Assembly (NCBI GenBank): GCA_039028615.1
Contig: JBCCHT010000052.1
Coordinates: 1-64,000 of the forward strand
DNA: 64,000 nt
Reading direction: 5' to 3'
Source: Myxococcota bacterium
GTDB lineage: Bacteria; Myxococcota_A; Polyangia; Nannocystales; Nannocystaceae
A model generated the notes under the pieces. That model made no database searches, was not told the DNA's origin, and saw only the letters and a program-made list of their open reading frames with translations. Positions 8,502-17,667 of the stretch are shown piece by piece. The stretch's first letter is position 1; every line of letters begins with the position of its first letter. The position numbers and the translations under genes are program-made.

Positions 8502-10556
8502 TCAGTTGTTGGGTGCGCCCGCGTCGATCCAGTCGCGAATGATGTTGATGGTCGACTGCGGCAGCGTCGGGCTGCCGAGCGGCATCGAGGAGCCCACCGC
8601 CTGGGTGTTCTCCATCTTCTGGATGATGTAGCTGTTGTCCGCGTCGAAGGGCTCGATGAAGTCCAGCGCCACCTGACCCGCCGAGACGTTGACCGTGGCC
8701 GCGTACGAGGTGGCCGCGTTGCCAGTGGCGATGTTCGGGGCGAAGCCATTGTGGCAGCTACAGTTGGCGTTCCAGATCGGCTGGATGTCGGCCGACCAGC
8801 TCGGGGTGCTGGTGCAGCCCGAAGTGCTGATGGTGCAGCTGTTGCTGCAGGTCAGGCTCCCGCCGCTGAACCCGAAGTCGGTGCAATCCTGGCCGCCGAA
8901 GTTGGGTCCGTCGCACTGCTCTCCCGCATCGATGACGTCGTCACCGCAGGTGTCGATGCAGCCCGCCGAGTTGATGACGCAGCCCGCGGTGCAGCTCAGG
9001 CTGCCGCCGCTGAAGCCGAAGTCGGTGCAGTCCTGGCCGTCGAAGTCGCTGCCGTCGCACTGCTCGCCCGCATCGACCGAGCCGTTGCCGCAGCCGCCGG
9101 TACACCCGGAGCTGTCGAGCAAGCAGGTGGGCCCGCACGACAAGCTGCCCCCGGTGAACCCGAGGCCCGCGCAGTTCTGGCCGCCCAAGTTGGCGCCATC
9201 GCACTGCTCCCCCGGGTCGATGGAGCCGTCGCCACAGCTGTCGCCGCAGCCCGCGGTGCTGATGACGCAGCTGCCGTTGCACGACAGCGCGCCGCCGCTG
9301 AACCCGAAGTCGGTGCAGTCGAGGCCGTCGAAGTCGCTGCCGTCGCACTGCTCGGCCGGCTCGGCCGTGCCGTTGCCACAGGTGCCGCAGCCGCTGGTGT
9401 CGAGCGCACTACAGTCCGGCGCGCAGCCGAGGGTGCCGTTGCCGAAGCCCTGGGTGCCGCAGGTCTCACCATCGAGAGACGTGCCGTCGCAGACCTCGCC
9501 CACGCCGAGGATGCTGTCGCCGCACAGGCTGCACTGAGCCCCGCAGTCGAGGATCGCACTCTCGACGCAATCGCTGTCCCAGGTGGCCCCGCAACAGGCC
9601 GCATCCAGAGCGCAGACGCAGGCTTCGATTCCCCCGTCCTGGCAGCCCGGCGAGCCGTTCTCGAAGCAGCAGTCGGTGTTGTCGAAGCAGTTGCTCGAGT
9701 CGATGGTGCACGACCCGGTGCAGGTCAGGGCTCCGGCGTCGAAGCCGAAGTCGCCACACTCGACCCCGTCGAAGTTCGCCCCCTCGCAGGACTCGGCCCC
9801 TTCGATGACCCCGTCGCCGCACGTGGTGCAGGCGCTGGTGTCATACGAGTTGCAGTCCTCCGAGCAGCTCAATAGACCCGCCGAGAAGCCCTGGGTGCCG
9901 CAGGTCTCGGCGCCGATATTCCCCAGGTCGCACAGCTCGGCCGAGTCGATGTTGCCGTCGCCGCACACGCCACAGTCGGTGACGTCGTAGTTGCTGCAGT
10001 CCGGCAGGCACCCGAGGGTGCCGTTGTCGAAGCCGAGCGAGGTACAGCTCTGCCCGTTGAGGTTGGAGCCGTCGCAGATCTCGACCTTCTCGACGTTGCC
10101 GTCGCCGCACTGGAAGTCGAGGCAGAGATCGAACTGGAAGTTGCAGAACTCGTTGCACAACAGCGTGCCGCCAGCGAACCCGAACGCGGTGCAGTCCATG
10201 CCGTTGGCGTCGGCGCCGTCGCACTCCTCGTCGCCGGAGGCGACGCCGTCGCCACAGTCGTCGATCCGGCCGGTGCTCTCCTCGCCGCTCGATTCGGAGC
10301 CGCCGCTGGAATCGGTTCCGTCCGGCGGGCCGTCTGTGGTGCTGGTGCTGTCCGCGGGGCTCTCGTCGCCGCTGCTCGATCCATCGCTGGTGGTGCTCGT
10401 CATCGGCACCGTCGGCGTCCCCGTGGACCCCGGGCCGGTGGACGTTCCCGCCTCGGTGTCACTCGGGCTGGGAACGGAGTCGTCGGATGGACAACCGGCG
10501 AGCAAGATCCCCGCCAGCACGGCGGAGGCGCGACCAATACTCGAGTTCATGAACAT
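8502..10556 (-). CDS. Cys-rich repeat lipoprotein with C-terminal cytochrome-c-like domain
   Basis: LAGC lipobox, 9 ~48-aa CGDGxxxxxExCDG repeats, C-terminal DIQPIW..CSCH...MP...WIDAGA. Confidence 0.8.
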   Translation of the reverse strand: MFMNSSIGRASAVLAGILLAGCPSDDSVPSPSDTEAGTSTGPGSTGTPTVPMTSTTSDGSSSGDESPADSTSTTDGPPDGTDSSGGSESSGEESTGRIDDCGDGVASGDEECDGADANGMDCTAFGFAGGTLLCNEFCNFQFDLCLDFQCGDGNVEKVEICDGSNLNGQSCTSLGFDNGTLGCLPDCSNYDVTDCGVCGDGNIDSAELCDLGNIGAETCGTQGFSAGLLSCSEDCNSYDTSACTTCGDGVIEGAESCEGANFDGVECGDFGFDAGALTCTGSCTIDSSNCFDNTDCCFENGSPGCQDGGIEACVCALDAACCGATWDSDCVESAILDCGAQCSLCGDSILGVGEVCDGTSLDGETCGTQGFGNGTLGCAPDCSALDTSGCGTCGNGTAEPAEQCDGSDFDGLDCTDFGFSGGALSCNGSCVISTAGCGDSCGDGSIDPGEQCDGANLGGQNCAGLGFTGGSLSCGPTCLLDSSGCTGGCGNGSVDAGEQCDGSDFDGQDCTDFGFSGGSLSCTAGCVINSAGCIDTCGDDVIDAGEQCDGPNFGGQDCTDFGFSGGSLTCSNSCTISTSGCTSTPSWSADIQPIWNANCSCHNGFAPNIATGNAATSYAATVNVSAGQVALDFIEPFDADNSYIIQKMENTQAVGSSMPLGSPTLPQSTINIIRDWIDAGAPNN

Positions 10557-10592
10557 GGAGGGACATGATAACTGAGCTATGGTGAGGGCTGC

Positions 10593-11243
10593 GTGAACTT
10601 CGTCGGGCACGCGATGGTGGCGCGATGGCGGGGAGCCGACCCGGGCTTCGTGTTGGGCGCGATGCTGCCAGACCTCGCACGCATGTGCGCGGGACGCTTG
10701 CTCGCGAGTGACGACGACGAGATTTCGGCAGGAATGTCATTCCATCACCGAACCGACGCCGTATTTCACCAGGCCCCGACATTCCTGGCTCTATGCTCCA
10801 CGGCGCGGGCCGAACTACGTACCGCCGGGGTCGCGCGTGGCTGTGCCATTGCTGCCGCGCACGTTGGAATCGAGTTGTTGCTCGACGGGGTGTGGCTCGA
10901 CCGATTGGGGGTTGCAGACGCCTACTTGGAGGCCGTTGCCTACACCCAGCGCCTGCCCGACGACGCGCTGCGGTGGCGCGCTCCCGAACACGCCCGCCGC
11001 TTCGAACGACTCTGCGCGCGCATGTACGAAATGGGCGTGCCCGATGGGTACCGAGATCCCGTCGAGGTCGGTCATCGCTTGCATCGCATCTTGGCCGACC
11101 GTCCTCGGCTCGCGCCCGGACCCGGCGACGAGCAACGATTGATCGAATGGACTTGCTCGGTGGACCCCGACATCGCGTCGGCGGCGTCGAGCTTGGAGAG
11201 CGAACTTCGTCCCGAGTTGGTGCGCGACGGCGATCGGAATTGA
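10593..11243 (+). CDS. ACP phosphodiesterase (AcpH)-like protein
   Basis: MNFVGH, GAMLPD, HHRTDAVFH motifs. Confidence 0.6.
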   Translation: MNFVGHAMVARWRGADPGFVLGAMLPDLARMCAGRLLASDDDEISAGMSFHHRTDAVFHQAPTFLALCSTARAELRTAGVARGCAIAAAHVGIELLLDGVWLDRLGVADAYLEAVAYTQRLPDDALRWRAPEHARRFERLCARMYEMGVPDGYRDPVEVGHRLHRILADRPRLAPGPGDEQRLIEWTCSVDPDIASAASSLESELRPELVRDGDRN

Positions 11244-11405
11244 CTCGCGGTGAACGAAAGCGGGCACGCATGAATTGCACTGCCATTTTCGCCACTGCGT
11301 ACGAGAGAACCGCGGCGCAACGCGGCACCATCGTTTCCAAGCTCGAGTCGTGATGCGATTGGGTGCGGCGGTACGTCGATCCATCGCGAGCCGACCCGGA
11401 AGCAT

Positions 11406-12665
11406 TTGATCAACTTGTTGGGCCCGCGGTGGTGGTCCAAGCTCGAGAGCGTTGTGGATGGATCTTCACGTCGAACTCCGACTCTAGTCGTTTGCCTTGG
11501 TTTTTCCTTCGCTACCTCGATCGCCGGCTGCTACACGGGCCCCGATCCTTCGGCCGGCTCCCAAACGGGGATCGGTGACGTCGACGGAAACGCTTCGAGC
11601 GCGGGCGACGGCACGGATGCCGACGCCGACGCGGGCAGCGTGGGCGGAGGCCCAGGCGGGAACACGGCCACGGGGGGAGGCGATGCCGACGGGACGGCGG
11701 GCGATACCAACGACCCCACGAACCCGACCGACCCCACCGATCCGACCGACCCCACGGATCCGACCGACACCAGTGATACCGGCGAGCCGCCGCCCGTGCC
11801 CGACGGCATGTGCCCCGGCTACGCCACCCGCTACTGGGATTGCTGCAAGCCGCACTGCAGCTGGCCCGGCAACGTGGACCCCTCGGTCGGCGTGCTGCAA
11901 AGCTGCAACCAGAGCGACGCCCCGCACGGCAGCCCCGACGTCCCCAGCAGCTGCAGCCAGCTCGGGCAGAACAGCGGCTACACCTGCTACAGCCTGGCCC
12001 CCTGGGAGGTGAACGACTCCCTGGCCTATGGCTTCGCGGCCATCCCTGGCGAGGGAGACATCTGCGGCCGTTGCTATCGCCTCGACTTCACCGGGACCTC
12101 GCACAACGCGGGCGACGACCCCGGCTCGACCGCCCTGGGCGGCAAGTCGATGATCGTGCAGGCGGTCAACATCGGCTACGACGTCGCGGGCGGCCAGTTC
12201 GACATCTTGATTCCCGGCGGCGGCGTCGGGGCCTTCGACGCCTGCAGCCACCAGTGGGGCGTCAACACCAGCCAGCTCGGGGCCACCTACGGCGGCCTGC
12301 TGACCGCGTGCAAGCAGGATCTGGGCGGGGCCGGCCACGAAGCGGTGAAGAGCTGCGTCATCGATCGCTGCAACGGCCTGTTCGCGGGAGGTCAGTACGC
12401 CGAGCTCGCGGCCGGCTGCGACTGGTTCGTCGATTGGTTCGAGGCGGCCGACAACCCAAACCTCAACTGGGGTGAGGTCGAATGCCCGGACGGGATCGTC
12501 GGCGCGTCCGGCATGGACCGCAGCGGCCTGGGCGACATCCAGTCGTGTGACGGCGGCGGTGGTGGAGGCGACTGCGGTGGCGGCTGCGACTGCAGCTGGA
12601 CCAACGGCGGGGCCAACTGCGGCTCGAGCGACGGCAGCTGCTGCTGGGACTTCTGCTGCGGCTGA
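11406..12665 (+). CDS. Glycoside hydrolase family 45 endoglucanase, lipoprotein
   Basis: TRYWDCCKPHCSW signature, CGRCY, QFDILIPGGGVG, ADNP. Start uncertain. Confidence 0.85.
   Translation: MINLLGPRWWSKLESVVDGSSRRTPTLVVCLGFSFATSIAGCYTGPDPSAGSQTGIGDVDGNASSAGDGTDADADAGSVGGGPGGNTATGGGDADGTAGDTNDPTNPTDPTDPTDPTDPTDTSDTGEPPPVPDGMCPGYATRYWDCCKPHCSWPGNVDPSVGVLQSCNQSDAPHGSPDVPSSCSQLGQNSGYTCYSLAPWEVNDSLAYGFAAIPGEGDICGRCYRLDFTGTSHNAGDDPGSTALGGKSMIVQAVNIGYDVAGGQFDILIPGGGVGAFDACSHQWGVNTSQLGATYGGLLTACKQDLGGAGHEAVKSCVIDRCNGLFAGGQYAELAAGCDWFVDWFEAADNPNLNWGEVECPDGIVGASGMDRSGLGDIQSCDGGGGGGDCGGGCDCSWTNGGANCGSSDGSCCWDFCCG
11706..11770 (+). repeat. 9-bp coding tandem repeat (T-D/N-P)n linker
   Basis: Encodes TNDPTNPTDPTDPTDPTDPTD. 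Confidence 0.7.
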
Positions 12666-12673
12666 GCCGCGCG

Positions 12674-14245
12674 TCAGTCCTCGGACCAGGGGCGGAGCGT
12701 CATGTCGACTCGCATCTGGACCCGCGCCGGTCGGCCATCGGCCGGCGCAGGGAGCCGCCACCCCCGGGCCGCTTCGGTGTAGCAGTCGAGGCCGAAGCGC
12801 CGCGGATCCATGTAGCCCACCACGTCGGTCACGTTGCCGTCGCCGTCGATGTCCAGCGTCAGGCTCAGCTGATGCTGGTGGATCGTTCGGTTGAACAGCG
12901 AGCGCCCGTAGCAGGTCCGTAGCTCGTGCCGGGCTCGTCGCAGGGCCACGGCCACCGCGGCCTCGTCGAGCGACTCGGGAACCTCGAGGCGCAAGGGGAC
13001 GACGCGCCCCCCTGGGCCATCGAAGGGCTGCGACTCTGGAGTCGACACCCGGACCTCGGCCGCATCGAAACACATGGGCAGCGGAGGATCGAAGTACCGG
13101 CTGAGCGAGGTCGTGAAGCACACCCGGCCGCCCGCGATGAACGAAGGGTCGGAGAGCACCCGGGCGTCTCTCAGGACCCCGCGCGCTGGACCCGTGCCGT
13201 CGAAGTAGATCGCCGCCCCCTGCTCCACCACCGGGAAGAATGGCGGCGCCCCGACGGGAAGAGGGGGCTCGCGCGGAGGCTCGAAACCGACTTCGCCTCC
13301 GACCTCGGCGGGGTCCTCCAGCGCGACCTCTTCATCACTGCCCAACAAAGTAATGGGCTCGTCGTCGCCGACCGCGAAGGCACTGCCGAAGTCGGCCTCC
13401 CCGTTGATGTCGAGCCCGACTGGCTCCGGAGCGTGAAACGGCTCGGGTACTCGGTCCGAGTACACCCGCGCGGTGACGCAGCGGGAGCCGATGGAGACCG
13501 CGATCCCCCCCTCGGTCGTCTCCGCCCCCAACACGCGGGGCCCGTTGCCGTCCCCGCCCCGAGGCAGCTGCACCTGCAGCGGCTCCCCGTCGTCGATGGT
13601 GAAGCGCGTCCGTGGCTCCAAGACCCACCTCGTATTCGGCAAGGCACGATACTCGGGCGGTGCCTCGTAGCTATGCCCGACGTCGCTGTCGGCGATGCCG
13701 AGCACGAAGCGAACGCCCCCCGTCGCCACCGCGTAGTTGCTGTGCATGATGGGCACCAGGCGCAGCGGGACACCGGCCCCGACCCAGACCTCGGTCCCGT
13801 CTTCGAAGCTCCGCTCCACGTCGCGGCGGACGACTTCGGCCAGCGCCCACGGGGAGACGTACCAGGACACGTCGAACGCATCGCCGAACAGCGTCGTCTG
13901 GCAGTGGCGCTCCGGGTGGCGGAGGACGGGGCCGACCTCGATGTAGCCGTCGACTTCGCCCAGGACCCGCACCGCGACGCCGGGGTCGGGCCACGGCTCG
14001 GGTGAAGAACCGAAGTGACGCAGGCGGGTGACCGCGGGACCGGGGCTCGGCGAGAGCTGGACCGCCGCCTCGGAGCTGAGCACGCCAAAGCCCTGCGGGA
14101 ACACCTCGGGCGGTCGCGCCCGGTCTGCCCCGCCTCGGGCCTGCACCATGGGCGCGGGTTTGGGGCACCCCGCGAGCACGACCGAAAGACCCACCAGGGT
14201 TGCTGCCTTCACTCGGTTCATCGCGTCAGCCTCGGAAGGGTTCAA
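12674..14245 (-). CDS. Lipoprotein with AgmX/PglI-type C-terminal domain (paralog B)
   Basis: LAGC lipobox, C-terminal LRTCY...LDIDGDGNV...CY..AARGWRLP. Confidence 0.65.
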   Translation of the reverse strand: MNPSEADAMNRVKAATLVGLSVVLAGCPKPAPMVQARGGADRARPPEVFPQGFGVLSSEAAVQLSPSPGPAVTRLRHFGSSPEPWPDPGVAVRVLGEVDGYIEVGPVLRHPERHCQTTLFGDAFDVSWYVSPWALAEVVRRDVERSFEDGTEVWVGAGVPLRLVPIMHSNYAVATGGVRFVLGIADSDVGHSYEAPPEYRALPNTRWVLEPRTRFTIDDGEPLQVQLPRGGDGNGPRVLGAETTEGGIAVSIGSRCVTARVYSDRVPEPFHAPEPVGLDINGEADFGSAFAVGDDEPITLLGSDEEVALEDPAEVGGEVGFEPPREPPLPVGAPPFFPVVEQGAAIYFDGTGPARGVLRDARVLSDPSFIAGGRVCFTTSLSRYFDPPLPMCFDAAEVRVSTPESQPFDGPGGRVVPLRLEVPESLDEAAVAVALRRARHELRTCYGRSLFNRTIHQHQLSLTLDIDGDGNVTDVVGYMDPRRFGLDCYTEAARGWRLPAPADGRPARVQMRVDMTLRPWSED

Positions 14246-15752
14246 TGGTCAGCTCGACCTTCATGGTGAGTGCCGCCGGGCGGCCGTCGGTGGGCGCAGG
14301 CAAGGTCCAGCCGCGGGCGGCGTCCTCGAAGCACTCGAGGGCGAGGCGCCTCGGGTCGACCGCCGCCTCCACAGCGGTGACCGTACCGCGACCATCGACA
14401 GTCAGCTCGAGGGTGAGTTCGGCCGTGCTCCATACCCCAGCCGCCAGCGCCTGGCCGTAGCAGGTTCGAATCTCGTTGCGGACCCGACGGAGGGACGCCG
14501 CCACCTCGGGCTCGCCCAGCGAGGCCGGTACCTCGAGACTGCGCGGCGCCACCCGGACCGCCCCGCCGTCGAAGGGCTTGGACTCCGGCGTCGAGATGTA
14601 GACCTCGCCGACATCGAAACACAGCGGCAGCGGCGGCTCGAAATGGCGACTCAGCTCGGCCGTGAAACACTGGCGCTCGCCGGACACGAACGACGACTCG
14701 GGAAACTGGCGAGCATCCCGGAGCACGCCCACCGCCTCCGCGATGCCGGGCACGTAGATCGGCGCGCCCGCTTCCAGCACGGGATGGAAGGGCGGCCTCC
14801 CCCGGGGCGGCTTGGGGGGCTCCGGGGGCTCGGACAAACCGAACGCACCCGAGCCCCGTTCCGTCCGCGTGCCGATGCTCGCCAGCTCGCTGAGCCGACG
14901 CGGTGCATCACCCCCGGTCGTCGCATCGCCCGTGGTGTCGCGGGAATGCGCTGGCGGTCGATCGGACGAGACCCGGGCGCCGACACACTTGCTCCAAAAC
15001 TCGACCGTATGGCGCCCCTCGTCCTCGCTGGACCAGCCGATTTTCACGTCGCCTCGCTCTAGATTCGGAGCCGCGAGTACCTGGATCGGCGTGCCACCGT
15101 TGAAGGTCATCTGCATGTCGGGCGTGAAGCGCAGCCCGCTGTCGACGGTGCCGCGCATGGAGACCACGGACTCGTAGTTGTGGCCGACGACGTGCTCGGG
15201 CAGCTCCATCTCGAAACGGATGTCCTCGTTCGCCACCGCGTAGCGCCCGGGCACGTCCGCGGCCCGCAGGGGGAGGCCGGCCAACATCGAGATCGTGGTG
15301 CCGTCGTCGAACTCGCGCTCGTAGTTTCGGTTGAGCACCGGGACCAGCGACCAGGGCGAGATGAACCAGACGAGGTCGAAAACGCCCCCGTCGAGCACCG
15401 ACTCACAGTGGCGATCGTGGTCGCGGAGGATGGGAGAGACCGCGATGGTCCCGTCCTGCTCCCCCACGACCCGTACGGCGAGACCTGGGCTGGGCCAGGG
15501 ATCGGGCCTCGCGTCGAGCTGCCGAATCCGCGCCGTGGGCTGACCGAGGCGGGGGTCGAAGAAGATCGGCGTCCCCGAACCGAGCACGGCGTAGCCCCGG
15601 GGAACGATGAGGGGCGGAGCCGGGGATTCACCGCGATCGCCCCCCGGCTCGGGAATGGGGCCGGGGGCGGCTTTGATACACCCGCCGAGCAGGGCCGCGA
15701 GCCCCACCATGATCGCCCCTTGGCCCACACTTCGAGATACCGCGGTGCTCAT
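14226..15752 (-). CDS. Lipoprotein with AgmX/PglI-type C-terminal domain (paralog A)
   Basis: LGGC lipobox, IRTCY...VDGRGTV...CF..AARGWTLP. Collinear with the downstream gene. Confidence 0.65.
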   Translation of the reverse strand: MSTAVSRSVGQGAIMVGLAALLGGCIKAAPGPIPEPGGDRGESPAPPLIVPRGYAVLGSGTPIFFDPRLGQPTARIRQLDARPDPWPSPGLAVRVVGEQDGTIAVSPILRDHDRHCESVLDGGVFDLVWFISPWSLVPVLNRNYEREFDDGTTISMLAGLPLRAADVPGRYAVANEDIRFEMELPEHVVGHNYESVVSMRGTVDSGLRFTPDMQMTFNGGTPIQVLAAPNLERGDVKIGWSSEDEGRHTVEFWSKCVGARVSSDRPPAHSRDTTGDATTGGDAPRRLSELASIGTRTERGSGAFGLSEPPEPPKPPRGRPPFHPVLEAGAPIYVPGIAEAVGVLRDARQFPESSFVSGERQCFTAELSRHFEPPLPLCFDVGEVYISTPESKPFDGGAVRVAPRSLEVPASLGEPEVAASLRRVRNEIRTCYGQALAAGVWSTAELTLELTVDGRGTVTAVEAAVDPRRLALECFEDAARGWTLPAPTDGRPAALTMKVELTIEPFRG

Positions 15753-15799
15753 GGGTTGACCAGTCCGAGCGATAAAGTAGGGTCGACCTCCCTCGCGGC

Positions 15800-16744
15800 A
15801 TGGGTAGGATCATTCACGGCGACAACCTCGATGTTCTGCCGACGTTGGCCGACGGCAGCTTCGACCTCGTGTACATCGACCCGCCCTTCAACACGGGAAA
15901 GGAGCAGCGACGTACGCGGCTGTCCGTGAAGCGCGACGACGAGGGCGACCGGGTCGGCTTCGCCGGTCGTCGCTACCGCAGCGTTCGCCTGGGCTCGTTG
16001 GCCTTCGAGGACGTCTTCAGCGATTTTCTCGCCTTCATCGAGCCTCGGTTGCGACACGCCCATCGTCTGCTGAACGCGACGGGCAGCTTCTTCTTGCACA
16101 TCGACTACCGCGAGGCCCACTACTGTAAGGTCTTGCTCGACTCGATCTTCGGGCGCGAGTGCTTCCTCAACGAGATCATTTGGGCCTATGACTACGGCGG
16201 TCGGCCCAAGCGACGATGGCCGGCCAAGCACGACACCCTGCTGTGGTACGTGCGAGACCCCAAGCGTTACACCTTCAACTACGACGCGATCGATCGCATC
16301 CCTTATATGGCCCCGCGCCTAGTGGGGGCCGAGAAGGCGGCCCGGGGCAAGACGCCGACCGACGTGTGGTGGCAGACCATCGTGCCCACCTCCGGCCGCG
16401 AGCGCACCGGGTACCCCACACAAAAGCCCCTGCGAATCCTGGAGCGAATCATCGCGGTCCATAGCGACCCCGGGCATCGGGTGCTCGACTTCTTCGCGGG
16501 CAGCGGCACCACGGGTGAAGCCGCCGCCCGTGCCGAGCGAGACTTCGTGCTCGTCGATCGCAGCGAAGAAGCGATCGAAGTCATGATGAAGCGCCTCGCC
16601 TTCGCCGAGCCCACGCTCGAGCGGTTCGGCGCGCCGCCGAGCGAGTCGACCACCGACGAAGCGGCCGTCGCCCCGTCATCCGAACCGGACGAGTCCGAGT
16701 CTCCAGATCCGAGCCCGCCCGAGCCGAGCCCCACCCAGAGCTGA
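15800..16744 (+). CDS. Site-specific DNA methyltransferase (N6A/N4C, beta class)
   Basis: YIDPPF precedes YPTQKP and LDFFAGSGTT. Confidence 0.9.
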   Translation: MGRIIHGDNLDVLPTLADGSFDLVYIDPPFNTGKEQRRTRLSVKRDDEGDRVGFAGRRYRSVRLGSLAFEDVFSDFLAFIEPRLRHAHRLLNATGSFFLHIDYREAHYCKVLLDSIFGRECFLNEIIWAYDYGGRPKRRWPAKHDTLLWYVRDPKRYTFNYDAIDRIPYMAPRLVGAEKAARGKTPTDVWWQTIVPTSGRERTGYPTQKPLRILERIIAVHSDPGHRVLDFFAGSGTTGEAAARAERDFVLVDRSEEAIEVMMKRLAFAEPTLERFGAPPSESTTDEAAVAPSSEPDESESPDPSPPEPSPTQS

Positions 16745-16754
16745 TACGCTCCGG

Positions 16755-17510
16755 GTGGCGATCATGCGGACGATCGGCGATCACCTGCTTCGGCTGGCCC
16801 TGCTGGGCGCCGGGGTGGCGAGCTGCAGCGGCGAGCTCCCGGCCCTCGGCGGCGGAGCCCAATCCAGCTCGACCACCTCCGGCAGCGACACGGACACGGG
16901 CGCAGACTCGACGGGAAGCCTCCCGCAGAGCCCGATCTGCATCGACTACGTGGCCTGCGTCGCCATCACGGCGCCCGACTTTCTGCCGCAGACCGAGGCG
17001 CTGTACGGCGAGGGCGGCAGCTGCTGGGCCACCCCCGAGATGGCCCAGACCTGCGAGACGCAGTGCGAGCAACAGATCGAAGCGCTGTGCCCCAACGACA
17101 CCGCGGGGGGAACCGGCGAAGAACCGCTCGCATGCTCGATGGATGCACTGCGGCCTACCGCCCCCAGTCCGGTCGATGCCGGCACCGAGCCCGAGCAGCT
17201 CCCGATCGACGTCGCCGTGGCCCTCGAGAACAACTGCGGCTGCCACTACATCGATCCGCAGACCCTCGAACCCGACGTCCCGGCCTACTTCGGCGGCCTC
17301 ACCATGGCCACCTGGCAAGACTTCCACACCCCGTTCATGGGCACGCTCACGTGGCAGCGGGTCCAGCAACGAACGATCGTCGAACTCAGCATGCCGCCGC
17401 AGTACTTCTGCGGCGATTTGGACCAGGGCTCCCTGACGAACGAGGATTACGTCCTGTTGGCCGATTGGCTGGAGGCGGGCGCACCTGACGCGGTTCGCTG
17501 GAGGATGTGA
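16755..17510 (+). CDS. Lipoprotein with cytochrome-c-like C-terminal domain (CxCH)
   Basis: VASC lipobox, NNCGCH...SMPP...LADWLEAGAP. Confidence 0.6.
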   Translation: MAIMRTIGDHLLRLALLGAGVASCSGELPALGGGAQSSSTTSGSDTDTGADSTGSLPQSPICIDYVACVAITAPDFLPQTEALYGEGGSCWATPEMAQTCETQCEQQIEALCPNDTAGGTGEEPLACSMDALRPTAPSPVDAGTEPEQLPIDVAVALENNCGCHYIDPQTLEPDVPAYFGGLTMATWQDFHTPFMGTLTWQRVQQRTIVELSMPPQYFCGDLDQGSLTNEDYVLLADWLEAGAPDAVRWRM

Positions 17511-17667
17511 TCGACGAGTGTCGGCGCTCTCGGAAATCCAGAGGTAAGGTGGTGTCCTACTTCTCGAGGGTGTGGCCATGCCGGTCGTTGCTCCGTGACC
17601 CCCGGGCCGCGGATCATGACGGAAGAGGGTGCGAACCAGCCTTCACGAGAGGATTGGATACTCGATC

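Noticed and set aside
8800..10260. ~144-bp DNA repeats as a mobile or non-coding array
   Set aside because: Fully explained by the Cys-rich protein repeats.
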